Shown piece after piece: positions 31,925 to 42,880 of a stretch of DNA of 64,000 nt (position 1 is its first letter; every line of letters begins with the position of its first letter). A program made the position numbers and the translations under genes. Origin of the DNA: an uncultured Gemmatimonadales bacterium (GTDB taxonomy: Bacteria; Gemmatimonadota; Gemmatimonadetes; Longimicrobiales; Gaopeijiaceae). Below the pieces are notes generated by a model. That model searched no databases. It had not been told where the DNA came from and saw only the letters and a program-made list of their open reading frames with translations. The stretch is taken from assembly GCA_963809895.1 (NCBI GenBank), contig CAWELD010000003.1, forward strand, positions 2,144,001 through 2,208,000. The letters are read 5' to 3'.

Positions 31925-33700
31925 GCCCCCTCCGTCCGGGCGTCCCACCGCTTGAGCGCGCGCAACGCGAGCCAGCCCCCGACCATGACGGCGGCCAGCA
32001 CCCCCGCCGTCGCGGGCCGCTGCAGGAGCGCGGCCCCCACGGCGAACATGGCCCCCATGCAGCACCGCCAGCCCCGCCAGCACGCGCAGGGCGTCGCGGC
32101 CCAGCGAATGGTCCGGCGCCAGACCGGTCGCCGCGCGCTGGCGGCGCCAGCCGGGCCCGGCCGGCCGCACCTTGCGGTAGAACGCCTCCAGGCGCTCCTC
32201 GGTCTCCGGCGCCGTCAGCAGCATGACCGGGAGCCAGATCGCCACCGAGACCCCCGAGGTGACCAGGAGCCGGAGGCCGAAGTCGGAGATCTGCAGCACC
32301 GGCACCACCGAGGTGGCCAGCCCCACCGCGAAGCCCGCCAGCATGGCCGCGAGCTCGGCCCAGGCGTTGATGCGCCACCAGAACCAGCGCAGGATCAGCA
32401 CCAGCCCCGGGCCCGTGCCCACGGCGATGATGAGACGGAACAGCGTGGTGACGTTCTCGCTGTTGAAGGCGGCCAGGGCGCCCAGGGCGGTGACCACGAC
32501 CGACGCCACCCGGCCCGCCAGCACCAGCTCGGCGGAGCCCGCCTCGGGCCTCAGGAAGCGTGCGTAGATGTCGCTGGTGAGGTACGAGGCGCTCCAGTTG
32601 ATGGTGGTGGACACCGTGCTCATGAAGGCCGCCACCAGCGACGCCACCACCAGGCCCAGCACGCCGGGAGAGAGGAAGTCCAGCATGAGTCGGGGATACC
32701 CCAGCTCCCGGTCGGACAGGTCCGGATAGAGGACCACCGCGGCCAGCGCCACCAGCACCCAGGGCCAGGTGCGCACCACGTAGTGCAGCAGGTTGAAGAG
32801 CCAGGCCGCGCGCTCGGCGTCGTCCTCGCTGCGCACCGAAGCCAGCCGCTGCACGAACTCGCCGCCCCCGTCGGAGCGGCGGAAGGACCACCACTGGAGT
32901 CCCACGTACGCCAGGAAGGTCGACGCGCTGATGCCGGCGCCGGCGGCCCAGGCGATGCGGAATCCCCCACGCCATTCCAGCGGGGTGAAGGCCAGCAGAT
33001 CCACGCCGCCGACGGCGCGGGCCTGCTCCACCAGCGCCCCCAGTCCCCCCACGTGCCCCACGGCGGCCCACGCCACCACCACCGCCCCCAGCATCCCCAG
33101 AACGAACTGGAGGAAGTCGGTCACGACCACGCCCCAGAGCCCCGCCACCCCGGCGTAGATCAGCACGAAGACGCTCACGCCCATCACGATCCACAGGCGG
33201 GCGTCGGAGCCCTGGGCCTGGATGCCCAACGCCGGCAGGACGCCCAGCGCGTCCACCACCTTGACCATGGCCAGCATGGCCAACCCCAGGGCGATGGCTC
33301 CCAGCACCACGGCGAACAGGAAGGCCTTCACGGCCCGGAGCACCGCCGCGGGACGCCCTCCGTAGCGCAGCTCGCTCATCTCGTTGTCGGTGACCACCTC
33401 GGCGCGGCGCCACAGGCGGGCGAAGACGTAGAGGAGCACCATGTGGGCCACCGCGAAGCTCCACCATTCCCAGTTGCCGGCGATGCCCCGGCTCCCCACC
33501 ACGCCCGCCACGTAGAGCGGGGTGTCGATGGAGAAGGTGGTGGCGGCCATGGAGGTCCCGGCCAGCCACCAGGGCAGGGTGCGGCCGCCCACGAAGAAGT
33601 CCACCATGCTGCCCGATGCGCGTCGGGCCAGCGCCACGCCCACGGCCAGGGTGGCGATCAGGTAGATCGCCACCACCCACAGGTCGAGGCGGGTCAGCAC
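31921..33700 (-). CDS. Sodium:solute symporter family protein (frameshift near 32060)
   Basis: FFVGGR.LPWW..GTSMAATTFS.DTPL, AAFMST..T..NW; true C-terminus MGAMFAVG..WDARTEGA* is in another frame. Confidence 0.88.
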
Positions 33701-33707
33701 GGGCGCC

Positions 33708-35160
33708 TCACCGGCGGCCGGCCAGCAGCGAGGCGGCGGCCTCCTGCATGAGGGGCTCCCCACCCCACGCCACCGTCACCGGCACCCCGTCGGGGATGTC
33801 GACCCGCCGCAGGGGATCGCCGAACAGCACGACGCCCACGGGCCGGCCACGCGTGCGCGCCTCGGCCACGAGCGTGGCAACCCGGGCGCGGGCCGCCTCG
33901 GAGAGCGCGGCGCGTCCCTTCCAGCCCCGGGGCTCGGCGAAGACCGCGATCAGGAGCCGATCCGCCTCGTCGTCCACCTCGATCCCCGCAGGGCCCAGCG
34001 CCTCGAGGAAGGCGTCCCGCGACCGGCGGGGGCCAGGGGCCTCCCAGGTCGTCGTCCACCACGGCCAGCGCCGCGCGGGGGGTGAGGTCGGGCCAGCCTT
34101 CGGGCACGCGCACGCAGGCTCGGGCCCAGGCGCGGGCGCGATCCAGGTCTTCGACGCGGCCCCACCCGGCGGGACGCGAGGCCGGATCCCGCGTGGGCTC
34201 ACGGCCATCCCCCGCCGCCGACGTCAGATCCGCCACCCGCGCCAGCGCGGCGTCCACCGCATCGTCGAGAAGCTCACCCCGCCCCACGGCCCGCTCCAGA
34301 GCGCGGGCTGCCTCCACCGGATCCGGCGGGTAGAGGAGCGCGTCCACACCTGCCCCCACCGCCTCCACCACCGCGGTCTCCAGCGAGTCCCCCACCCCCT
34401 GCATGATGAGGGCGTCGCTGGCCACCACGCCCTGGAAGCCCAGGCGCTCACGGAGCAGCCCCGTGATGATCACCCGGGAGCGAGTCGCTGGCCGGCCCGA
34501 AGGATCCAGCGCCGGATAGGCCACGTGGGCGGTCATGACCGAGGGCACACCGGCGGCGAGGGCGGCCCGGAAGGGCTCCAGCTCCGCGTCCAGCTCGGCT
34601 GCCGTGGCGTGCACGGTGGGGAGCGTGGCGTGGGAGTCCTCCAGCGTGCGGCCGTGCCCGGGAAAGTGCTTCGCGCACGTGAGGGCGCCCTCGCCGGCCG
34701 CCCCGGCGATCCAGGCGCTCACCCCCCGGGTCGCCTCGGCCGCGGTCCGGCCCAACGCCCGCGTGCCCACGATGGGATTGTCGGGCTCCACCGCCACGTC
34801 GGCCACGGGCGCGTACAGCCAATCCACGCCCATGGCGCGGGCCTCGCGGGCGGTGACGGCCGCGGCCTCGCGCACCACCTCGGGACCGAGACCAGCCAGC
34901 GCCAGGGCGGGCGGCAGCGGGGTGGCTCCCCGGAACTGCTGGCCGGCGCCCCGCTCGAGGTCTGCGCCGAAGAGGAGTGGGCGGCCCGCGCGCTCTCGCA
35001 GCTCACGGACCGTGTCCGCCGCCGCCTCCGCGTCGCCCCCGAAGAAGAGGAATCCCCCGACACCCGACTCCAGGAGCCTGTCCAGCGCGGGATCGTCCAG
35101 GCCGTAGCCCCGGTCCGGCGACCAGCGCAGGGCCGGGAAGACGAGACCTCCCGCTCTCAC
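33708..35160 (-). CDS. nagZ: GH3 beta-N-acetylhexosaminidase, NagZ-like (frameshift near 34024)
   Basis: ADLERG, APVADV, KHFPGHG-x4-DSH, MTAH, SDAL; C-terminal domain continues in the 33708-34208 frame. Confidence 0.8.
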
Positions 35161-36254
35161 CCGGGCCCCGGACCGGCGCCGATGCTGTCGGAGAGGTTCT
35201 CCGAAAAGAACTGGAAGACCGACTCCTCGAAGCGCTCCCGCACGCCGCGCACGTGCCCTCCGCCGAACTCGTGGAGGGCGTGGGGCACGTCGTGGGCGCG
35301 GAGTGCTTCGCTGAAGCCCTGGGCTTCGGTGACCAGGGGATCGTTGCGCCCCACCTCGATGACCAAGGGCAGCTCGCGGAGCGCCGCCGCCCGGGCATCG
35401 AGCTGGTTCACCAGGGCGCTGGCCTCCCACAGGGGCCAGATTTCGGGATCCCGGGCCAGATGATCGCCCTCGCGCACCCAGGGCAGGCGCGCGTAGAAGG
35501 GCGGTCGCGTGGGATCGGGAGCGAAGGCGGCGGCCTTGGCCCACAGCACCCGCTCCACCGGCCCCGCCAGATCCAGCGCGTCGGGATCCGTGACCGCCAG
35601 CGCCGCTTCCATGCCGGGGATGCCGAAGGGGTTGGTGCTCACCAGGTTCACGGGAGAGAGCGCCATGGCGGCCCCGAAGACGCCCGGATACCACATGGCC
35701 ACCCGCAAGGTGCCGTAGCCCCCCATGGACTGTCCCGCCAGCCCCCGCGCCCAGGGCTCGGGCACGGTCCGATACGCACGGTCCACCCAGGCGACCAGGT
35801 CGCGGGCGATGAAGTCGGTCCAGCGGCCCGTGGCCGAGGAGTTGGCGTACCAGCTTCCGCCGTACCGCGTGCGCGCGTCGGGCATGACCACGATGAACTC
35901 GTCGATCTCACCCCGATCCACCAGCGAATCCAGGGTGAGCGCCAGGTTCATGCCCTCGTAGCCGTCGGCGCCCAGCCAGCTCGCGGGCCCCGCCCCGAAG
36001 GCGTGCAGCAGGTAGACGACGGGAAAGCGCCGGTCCTCGTCCTCGTCGTAGGAGGGCGGAAGGTAGACGAGGGCGGGCCGCACGGCGTCTTCGCGCAGCA
36101 GGTTGCCCCGGAGCGACGGACCCGGCACCCGGGCCTCTTCGAGGCGGCCCTGCAGGGCCCGGCGCGGCGTGCCCGTGGGCAGCCCCGTAGAGGGCGTCAG
36201 GAGCAGGGCGGCGGCCAGGACGGCGCCGATCCGCGGAAAGGTCGATGAGATCAT
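35157..36254 (-). CDS. Secreted alpha/beta-hydrolase esterase (Fes/CE1-like)
   Basis: VYLPPSY, FPVVYLLH, GQSMGG nucleophile elbow, GRND, GGH. Confidence 0.85.
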   Translation of the reverse strand: MISSTFPRIGAVLAAALLLTPSTGLPTGTPRRALQGRLEEARVPGPSLRGNLLREDAVRPALVYLPPSYDEDEDRRFPVVYLLHAFGAGPASWLGADGYEGMNLALTLDSLVDRGEIDEFIVVMPDARTRYGGSWYANSSATGRWTDFIARDLVAWVDRAYRTVPEPWARGLAGQSMGGYGTLRVAMWYPGVFGAAMALSPVNLVSTNPFGIPGMEAALAVTDPDALDLAGPVERVLWAKAAAFAPDPTRPPFYARLPWVREGDHLARDPEIWPLWEASALVNQLDARAAALRELPLVIEVGRNDPLVTEAQGFSEALRAHDVPHALHEFGGGHVRGVRERFEESVFQFFSENLSDSIGAGPGPG

Positions 36255-36286
36255 GGCAGCAACCTATCGCCGCGGCGTCGTCGGGA

Positions 36287-36778
36287 CTACACGTCCGGGT
36301 CCGGCGGCCCGTGGGCTGCGATGATCTCCCGGGACAGGGCCTCCAGAAGCGGGGCCGCGTGGGCCAGCATCTCCACCTCGGCGCGCGATCGGCCGCTCAG
36401 GACTTCGCGCAGCGCCCGCAGGCGCCGCAGCCTGCCCTCGTGCAACACGCGCTCGCCCTCGTCCGTGGCGTGCAGCAGCCACGCGCGGCCGTCGGAGGGG
36501 TCCTGCTCGCGCCGCACCAGGCCGTCGGCCTCGAGTCCCTTCACCAGCCGGGACATGGTGGCCGCCGTGACCTGCTCGGCCGCGGCGAGGGCGGTGATGC
36601 GCAGCGGTCCACCGAAGACCACCACCGACAGCGCCGACAACCGGGGCGCCGTGAGCCCCGACGCGGAGTCCTCGACCCGCAGGGCGCGCAGCAGGTGGAT
36701 CGCCGCCGAGTGCAGGCGGTCGGCGATGGCGTCGACGTCTCGCTCCCCGCCAGGCTCTTGCGATGTGGAGTGGCCCAT
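36287..36778 (-). CDS. MarR family transcriptional regulator
   Basis: LAAAEQV..ATMSRLV..LE..GLV.R..D..DGR. Confidence 0.9.
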   Translation of the reverse strand: MGHSTSQEPGGERDVDAIADRLHSAAIHLLRALRVEDSASGLTAPRLSALSVVVFGGPLRITALAAAEQVTAATMSRLVKGLEADGLVRREQDPSDGRAWLLHATDEGERVLHEGRLRRLRALREVLSGRSRAEVEMLAHAAPLLEALSREIIAAHGPPDPDV

Positions 36779-36781
36779 GGC

Positions 36782-36806
36782 ATTTATTTAGCCGGGCTAA
36801 CTAAAT
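36782..36806. promoter_or_regulatory. Candidate MarR operator
   Basis: ATTTATTTAGCC-G-GGCTAACTAAAT, 11/12 inverted repeat between divergent marR and VOC genes. Confidence 0.7.
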
Positions 36807-36833
36807 TCGTCAACTCGATGAAGGAGGAGTGGC

Positions 36834-37214
36834 ATGACCGCGGGTGCGCAACTCGAAGGCGTCGGCCAGATCGCGGTGCCGGTGGACGACGTGGAACGCT
36901 CGCTGACGTTCTATCGGGACGTGCTGGGGCTGCCGTTCCTGTTCCAGGCACCGGGACTGGCCTTCTTCGACGGAGGCGGCGTGCGAATCATGTTCTCGCG
37001 GCCCGAGGGAGACGAAGCCGTGTACCCTCCCCTGCTCTACTACCGCACCCGCGACCTGGCCGGGGCCCACGCGCATCTGGGGTCTCAGGGGGTGTCGGTG
37101 GTCTCCGAGCCGCACGTGGTGCACCGCGACGACCGGCACGAGCTGCACATGGGCTTCTACCGGGACCCGGACGGGCACCTGTTCGGGCTCATGCAGGAGA
37201 TGCCGGTGGAGTGA
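36834..37214 (+). CDS. VOC/glyoxalase family protein
   Basis: QIAVPVDD, FYRDVLG, RDPDGH; AGGAGGAG RBS. Confidence 0.9.
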   Translation: MTAGAQLEGVGQIAVPVDDVERSLTFYRDVLGLPFLFQAPGLAFFDGGGVRIMFSRPEGDEAVYPPLLYYRTRDLAGAHAHLGSQGVSVVSEPHVVHRDDRHELHMGFYRDPDGHLFGLMQEMPVE

Positions 37215-37240
37215 GGACCCCTTCGACGGCCGGCACCCCC

Positions 37241-37280
37241 CCGAGCGAAGCCGCTCACGAGACCGCGCGATATCGCTCGC
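37241..37280. promoter_or_regulatory. Tandem candidate enhancer boxes (GAGCG-N4-CGCTCAC type)
   Basis: CCGAGCGAAGCCGCTCAC and CCGCGCGATATCGCTCGC, 22 bp apart, about 90-130 bp upstream of a sigma54-like promoter. Confidence 0.55.
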
Positions 37281-37366
37281 TCCGGGGTGTGGACGGCGCC
37301 GCAGCCGAGCCTGATCACATACCTTAACTCCATATCCCACATCGTCTTGTAGCATTCCGCGCCGAT

Positions 37367-37383
37367 CTGGCATCGCCCTTGTA
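37367..37383 (+). promoter_or_regulatory. Sigma54 -24/-12 promoter (GT variant at -12)
   Basis: CTGGCATCGCCCTTGTA: GG-N10-GT. Confidence 0.55.
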
Positions 37384-37437
37384 CTTCCATGAGGCCAGAA
37401 CGGACCCCACGACGGGATCCCTCACGCGGAGGACAAG

Positions 37438-38622
37438 ATGATCACCGAGACGACTTTCCGGACCGAACAACCCACCGAGACCCCGCTGCTCCTGAGGAGC
37501 ATCGGGCTCACCGGTCGGGTCGCGGTAAGCTGGACCATGGCGGGTGGCCTCCTTCTGGGCGGCGTGCTCGTCGCCGTGATGACGCTGGCCGGACGGCTGA
37601 GCGGACACGGCATCCTCGTCACTTCTACCGGCCTCTTCGTCATCGGCGCCCTGCTCGGGGCCCTGCACGGCAGCGTGCTGGGCATCCTGGGGCGCCCGTC
37701 CGACGTGAGCCGCAATGAGGCGCTCCACGCCCTGGGTCGCTCGGCCCTCTACGGCGTGCCCGGAGCCGCCGTCGCCTGGCTGGCCACGGTGTGGATCGCC
37801 ATGTCCATGGTGGCGGGCTATCTCGGCCGTCTGGGGCCCAAGATCCTGGTGGGAGGCGCCTGGGCCGTGGGTGCGGTCATGGTCCTCACCGCCGCCTTCC
37901 ACGGCTTCCGTGCGCTGCGCTACGCCTACGCCCGCTGGCCGGAGCGTGAGCTGGGCACGGCGCTGGTGGCCGCCAGCTTCGCCTCGCTTCTCATGGTGTT
38001 CCTGGCCGACCGGCCCACGCTGTGGCTGCTGCGGCTGCGCGTGACCGACGTCGGCGCCGTGCTGCTGGCCGCCCTGGTGGCCATCTGGGTCGCCGGCCCG
38101 CTGGTGACGCTGGCGCTGCGCCTGGTGAAGCAGCTCCCCGGTCGGGCACGGGCGACGGCGCGCGTCGCCGATCGCACCACCCTGGCCGACATCGGTGTCG
38201 GGCTCCTGGTGGGCGTGGTGGTCGGCCTGCTGGCGGTCCCCTTCGCCGGCCCGGCAGCCGGCCTGGTCGCCGGTGGCGTGGGTGGCTCGGTGGTGGCGGT
38301 GGCCCAGGCCGTGGTCAACGAGGTCCTGCTGCGGCTGGTGCTCCTCACCGGGCTGGCCTGGGTGATCCTCCGTTGGCGCCGCGTGCAGGCCGAAGAGGCC
38401 GCCGTCCTGGCCGTCACCGGAGTGGCCGTGGCCCAGGTCCTTCTCTACCTGCCGGGTGTGGTCGCCGCCGGATTCCCCTCGACGCTGGCCGCCGTGACCT
38501 TCATCGGCGCCGCCATCCTCCTGCCCGCCCTGGTCTTCGGAGCGGTCTTCTGGACGCGCGGTCTGACGGCCGCCCTGGTGGCCGACGTCACCGCCGCCCT
38601 GGCCCTCCTCCTCTTCATCTGA
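37438..38622 (+). CDS. Polytopic membrane protein of unknown function, degenerate CPBP/Abi-like C-terminus
   Basis: GGAGGA RBS; roughly 10-11 hydrophobic segments; VNEVLLRL resembles the CPBP EExxFR motif. Confidence 0.75.
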   Translation: MITETTFRTEQPTETPLLLRSIGLTGRVAVSWTMAGGLLLGGVLVAVMTLAGRLSGHGILVTSTGLFVIGALLGALHGSVLGILGRPSDVSRNEALHALGRSALYGVPGAAVAWLATVWIAMSMVAGYLGRLGPKILVGGAWAVGAVMVLTAAFHGFRALRYAYARWPERELGTALVAASFASLLMVFLADRPTLWLLRLRVTDVGAVLLAALVAIWVAGPLVTLALRLVKQLPGRARATARVADRTTLADIGVGLLVGVVVGLLAVPFAGPAAGLVAGGVGGSVVAVAQAVVNEVLLRLVLLTGLAWVILRWRRVQAEEAAVLAVTGVAVAQVLLYLPGVVAAGFPSTLAAVTFIGAAILLPALVFGAVFWTRGLTAALVADVTAALALLLFI

Positions 38623-38660
38623 CATCGGGGCCGAAAGGGTGGAGCAACGCTTCTCCGCGG

Positions 38661-38689
38661 GGGCCGTGGGACGCACCGTCCCACGGCCC
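38661..38689 (+). terminator. Hairpin after the membrane protein gene
   Basis: 13-bp stem GGGCCGTGGGACG / CGTCCCACGGCCC. Confidence 0.6.
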
Positions 38690-38704
38690 TGCGGCCGTTC
38701 TGGT

Positions 38705-38773
38705 GTGAGCGCTGGCGCTCACCGCGCTGTTTCGCTCACTGCAAGTGCGTGTCCCGTGCGCACTTTCGCTCAC
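38705..38773. promoter_or_regulatory. Three more boxes ending in CGCTCAC
   Basis: GTGAGCGCTGGCGCTCAC (perfect 8-bp arms), CCGCGCTGTTTCGCTCAC, GTGCGCACTTTCGCTCAC. Confidence 0.55.
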
Positions 38774-38884
38774 AAGCCCTGAGAATCCCTTGACCCACGC
38801 GGCTTTCCGGTGAGAATTCATCGTACGGGTTTCGTGCCCCTCCCCACGCGATCCGGAGCGTCCACACCGGCCCGAGAGGCCCAC

Positions 38885-40342
38885 GTGTTCAGGTTCGCCC
38901 GGCTTCGCTCGCTGCCTTTGCGCAGCAAGGTCGTGCTCACGGTCGTCGGCGGTACGGCGGTCGTGCTCGGCGCGGCCACGTATCTCTCCTTCCGCTACTG
39001 GGAAGAAGAGGCGCTGTCGGCCGCCGAGCAGCAGGCCGTCCTGGCCGCCACCGCCACCCGCAGCACCCTGGAGTCCGCGTTCCGCCTGGGTCGGGAAGCC
39101 ACCGTCCGCCGCTATCTGCTGGATCTCCACGACCAGGCCCCCATCGTCTCCGCACGGGTCTACGCGAGCGATGGCCGCATCCTCTACTCCGCCACTCCCG
39201 GCGAAGAGGGCCGTCGCGACGCCTCGGTCTGGATCCCCGACGCCGGCGGTCTCCCCCGCGAAGGCGTGGTGCATCCCGACCCCGATGGCGCCACGGTCCG
39301 GGTCTTCCTGCCACTGACCTCGCCCGGCGCCTCGCTCCTCGAATTGGCCTTCTCCGTGGTCCCTCTGCGCGCCGCCATGCGCCGGGGCGCCCGCCTGGGC
39401 CTGGGATTGGTCGTGGGCTCTCTCCTGGCACTGGGCCTCATCATCGGCGCCATGTTGGAGAGGGAGGTGGTGACGCCGCTGCACCGGGTCGAGGGCGCCC
39501 TGGCGGCGCGCACCGGCCAGAACGAGAGCCGGCGCGACGAGGTACGGGGCATCGAGCAATCCCTCGAGCGGCTGCTGGAGCAGGAGCGCGAGGTCGTGGC
39601 CCGGGCCCAGGAGCGCGAAGGACTCGCCGAGGTGGGCCAGCTCGCGGCCGAGATGGCCCACGAGTTCAAGCGCCCGCTGGCCTCCATCCGCTCGGCGCTG
39701 GACATGTTGCAGCAGGAGTACCAGCTGGAGACGGGAGGCCGCGAGGTCATGGCGGCGGTGAATCAGCAATTGGTGCTGTTGGCCGACACGATGCAGGACC
39801 TCTTCACGCTGGCGCGCCCCGTGGACCTCCAGGACACGGCGGTGTCGATCCCCGAGACCCTGGACGAGGCGCTCCTGGAGTTCGCTGGCCAGCCCGGCGC
39901 CGGCCGGATCCAGGTGGTGCGCCGCTACGACCCCGACATCCCCACGGTGCGGGGCGACGAGCGCCGGCTCCGTCAGGCCTTCGCCAACCTCATGGTGAAC
40001 GCCCTGGAGGCCATGCCCGAAGGAGGTACGCTCACGCTGACCGTACGCGCCACGGAACACGGGCGCATCGCCGTCACCGTGTCCGACACCGGCGTGGGGC
40101 TGGACCCCCGCGAGATCGAGCGCGCCTTCCGACCGTTCTACTCCACCAAGCCCCTGGGCACCGGACTGGGCCTGCCGCTGGTGGCCCGCATGGTCGTGGC
40201 CCACGGCGGCGACATCTGTGTGGACAGCCATCCCGGCCAGGGGACCACCATCACCATCTTTCTGCCGACGACCCCCGGTGCCGGCGGAGAGGAGGATCCA
40301 TGTCCGAAGAGCGCATTCTCGTCCTCGACGACGACGCTCTGA
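38885..40342 (+). CDS. Membrane sensor histidine kinase (NtrB-like)
   Basis: Two TMs, AHEFKRPL H-box, NLMVNA, DTGVG, PFYSTK, GTGLGL. Confidence 0.92.
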   Translation: MFRFARLRSLPLRSKVVLTVVGGTAVVLGAATYLSFRYWEEEALSAAEQQAVLAATATRSTLESAFRLGREATVRRYLLDLHDQAPIVSARVYASDGRILYSATPGEEGRRDASVWIPDAGGLPREGVVHPDPDGATVRVFLPLTSPGASLLELAFSVVPLRAAMRRGARLGLGLVVGSLLALGLIIGAMLEREVVTPLHRVEGALAARTGQNESRRDEVRGIEQSLERLLEQEREVVARAQEREGLAEVGQLAAEMAHEFKRPLASIRSALDMLQQEYQLETGGREVMAAVNQQLVLLADTMQDLFTLARPVDLQDTAVSIPETLDEALLEFAGQPGAGRIQVVRRYDPDIPTVRGDERRLRQAFANLMVNALEAMPEGGTLTLTVRATEHGRIAVTVSDTGVGLDPREIERAFRPFYSTKPLGTGLGLPLVARMVVAHGGDICVDSHPGQGTTITIFLPTTPGAGGEEDPCPKSAFSSSTTTL

Positions 40343-41661
40343 TCCGCGACGTCCTGGCCGAGCGCCTGACGCGCCGGGGCTACCGGGTGGACAAGGCGTC
40401 CCGGCTGTCCGAGGCCCGTGAGTTCATCGGGCGCTCCACACCCGACGTGGCGCTGCTGGACGTGAAGCTCCCCGACGGCGAGGGCACCGAGCTTCTGGAG
40501 GAGCTGACCCAGGACGGCGCGGTGCCGTGCATCATGATGACCGCCCACGGCACCGTCACCTCGGCGGTGGAAGCGCTCAAGCTGGGCGCCGAGGACTTCC
40601 TGGAGAAGCCCTTCACGCCGGACCGCCTGGACACCACGCTGCGCCACGTGCTCGAGCGCACGCGCCTCAGGCGCGAGGTGCGGGCCATGCGGGAGCGGAG
40701 CAGCCTCGGCAGCACCATCGTGGGCTCGAGTCCGGCCATGAAGGAAGTGCTGGATCTCGTGCGCCGGGTGGCGTCGGCGGACACTTCGACGGTGCTGCTC
40801 CTGGGCGAGACGGGCACCGGAAAGGGCATGGTGGCCCACACCCTCCACGACCTGAGCCCCCGAGCCAAGGGACCCTTCGTCAACGTCACCTGCTCGGCCC
40901 TGGCCGAGTCCCTCATGGAATCGGAGCTCTTCGGCCACGAAAAGGGCGCCTTCACGGACGCTCGCACGCTGAAGCGAGGGCTGGTGGAGGTGGCGGCAGG
41001 CGGCACCTTGTTCCTGGACGAGATCGGCGAGCTGTCACTGGGCCTGCAGGGCAAGCTGCTGCGCTTCCTGGAGGACCGGAGCTTCCGTCGGGTGGGGGGC
41101 ACGGTGGACCTCACCGTGGATACGCGTATCATCGCCGCCACCAACCGCGACCTGGCCCGGGAAGTGGAGGAGGGGCGCTTCCGGGAGGACCTCTACTACC
41201 GGCTCCGCGTCCTTCCCGTTACCCTGCCCCCGCTCCGGCACCGACGAGGCGACGTGCGACCCCTGGTGCTGTCCTTCGTGGACACCTTCAACCGGGAGTT
41301 CGGCAAGCGTGTGCGCGAGGTGGCTCCGCAGGCGCTGGAGCTCATGGAGCACTACGCCTGGCCCGGAAACGTCCGTGAGCTGCGCAACGTGGTGGAGCGG
41401 GCGGTGCTCCTCACCGACGACGAGGTGCTCCTCCCGGAGGTGCTCCCCCCCGAGGTGCGCACGCCCGACGTGGACTCCGGCGGGGACGGCGAGATCGAGC
41501 TGGGACCCGAGGGTGTCGACCTCGAAGAACTGGAACGCCGGCTCCTCAGCGAGGCGCTGCGGCGAGCCGAAGGAAACCGTACCGAGGCGGGCCGGCTGCT
41601 GGGACTGAGCCGACACCAGATCCGCAATCGGCTGCACAAATTCGGAATGACGGATTGGTAG
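40300..41661 (+). CDS. Sigma54-dependent response regulator (NtrC family)
   Basis: REC domain, [38 protein letters not shown], Fis-type HTH. Confidence 0.95.
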   Translation: MSEERILVLDDDALIRDVLAERLTRRGYRVDKASRLSEAREFIGRSTPDVALLDVKLPDGEGTELLEELTQDGAVPCIMMTAHGTVTSAVEALKLGAEDFLEKPFTPDRLDTTLRHVLERTRLRREVRAMRERSSLGSTIVGSSPAMKEVLDLVRRVASADTSTVLLLGETGTGKGMVAHTLHDLSPRAKGPFVNVTCSALAESLMESELFGHEKGAFTDARTLKRGLVEVAAGGTLFLDEIGELSLGLQGKLLRFLEDRSFRRVGGTVDLTVDTRIIAATNRDLAREVEEGRFREDLYYRLRVLPVTLPPLRHRRGDVRPLVLSFVDTFNREFGKRVREVAPQALELMEHYAWPGNVRELRNVVERAVLLTDDEVLLPEVLPPEVRTPDVDSGGDGEIELGPEGVDLEELERRLLSEALRRAEGNRTEAGRLLGLSRHQIRNRLHKFGMTDW

Positions 41662-41665
41662 AGCC

Positions 41666-42880
41666 ATGAGCGTTGCCGCACTCCTGACCCTGCTCCTGGT
41701 AGCCCCGGTGGCCTCTCCCGCCGCCCAGGCACCCCAGGTCGTTCCCGCCCGCGGTTCGGGCCTCGACTGCACCCTCTGTCACGGCGAGCTCGAGTTCCTG
41801 CGTCAGCACGTGGACCGCCTCGGCGAGGCGGAGGCGCTGCTGGTCACCGAAGGCCAGGTCGCGGCCTCGGCCCACGGCGGACAGAGCTGCACGAACTGTC
41901 ACCAGGGCTTCCGGCGCTGGCCGCATCCCGACAACGCCACTACCGCCACCTGCGCATCGTGTCACGAGGACGCGGCCGAGGTCTGGAGCGCTGGCGTGCA
42001 CGCGCGCGTGGACGAGGACGACACGGTGGCGGCGGAGTGCTCCGTCTGCCACGGTACGCACGACGTCGCGCCCAGGGAGGCGCTCCACGAAGGAGCTCCC
42101 ATGCAGCGCATGATGGCCCGCTGCGCCTCGTGCCACGAGACCGCGGTCCCACCGCCCACGAGTCCCCACGCGGACTCCGTGGCCTGCGTCTCCTGCCACG
42201 GAAGCCACGAGATCCGTGACGTGGACGCCCCCGAGTCCCTGGTTGCGCCCGATGCTCAGCCCTCGACCTGCGGGGCCTGCCACGAGGATCAGGCCGCGCT
42301 CTACGACGCCGACATCCACGGGACCCGCATGCGCGAAGAAGGCTCCATGGGGCTGTCGGCGTTGGCGCTGGGCACCGAGGAAGCCCCACCGGCTTGCACC
42401 ACGTGCCACGGAGGCCACGACACCCACGGCTCCGGCAAGGACGCCCCGGCCATGGATCAGGCCGCGGTGTGCGGCACCTGTCACGAGCCGTACGTGGAGA
42501 GCTTCGACCTGTCCTATCACGGGCAGGCGTCGGCCCTGGGCTCCGAGCTCGTGGCCACCTGCGCCGACTGTCACAGCGCCCACGGCGTGTATCCGAAAGA
42601 CGATGCACGCTCTACCGTGAACGAAGCGAACCTGGTCCAGACCTGCGGGACCTGCCACGAGCAGTCCAGTGCCAGCTTCGTCGAGTTCCAACCCCACGCC
42701 GATCACAACGACCGCGAGAACTACCCGGCGGTCTACTGGACGTACCGCCTCATGGCGGCGCTCCTCATCGGCGTCTTCGCCTTCTTCGGTCTCCATTCCT
42801 TCATGTGGGGTGGCCGGCTGGCCCTGGACCGCTTCCGGGCACCCCGCGACAAGCCCACCAGCTCAGGAGGTGCGCCGTGA
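41666..42880 (+). CDS. Membrane-anchored multiheme cytochrome c (11 CxxCH)
   Basis: Signal peptide, 11 CxxCH motifs counted, C-terminal TM helix containing His. Confidence 0.92.
   Translation: MSVAALLTLLLVAPVASPAAQAPQVVPARGSGLDCTLCHGELEFLRQHVDRLGEAEALLVTEGQVAASAHGGQSCTNCHQGFRRWPHPDNATTATCASCHEDAAEVWSAGVHARVDEDDTVAAECSVCHGTHDVAPREALHEGAPMQRMMARCASCHETAVPPPTSPHADSVACVSCHGSHEIRDVDAPESLVAPDAQPSTCGACHEDQAALYDADIHGTRMREEGSMGLSALALGTEEAPPACTTCHGGHDTHGSGKDAPAMDQAAVCGTCHEPYVESFDLSYHGQASALGSELVATCADCHSAHGVYPKDDARSTVNEANLVQTCGTCHEQSSASFVEFQPHADHNDRENYPAVYWTYRLMAALLIGVFAFFGLHSFMWGGRLALDRFRAPRDKPTSSGGAP

Noticed and set aside
27519..33680. 2053-aa giant ORF
   Set aside because: Only the last 437 aa (SusD) are protein-like; the rest is an off-frame shadow of the symporter and SusC genes in high-GC DNA
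28838..33763. 1641-aa symporter-SusC fusion of inner- and outer-membrane transporters
   Set aside because: Removing one base near 32060 restores a final TM helix and a TGA at 31921 overlapping the SusC GTG, and SusC has its own signal peptide; the fusion is a frameshift artefact
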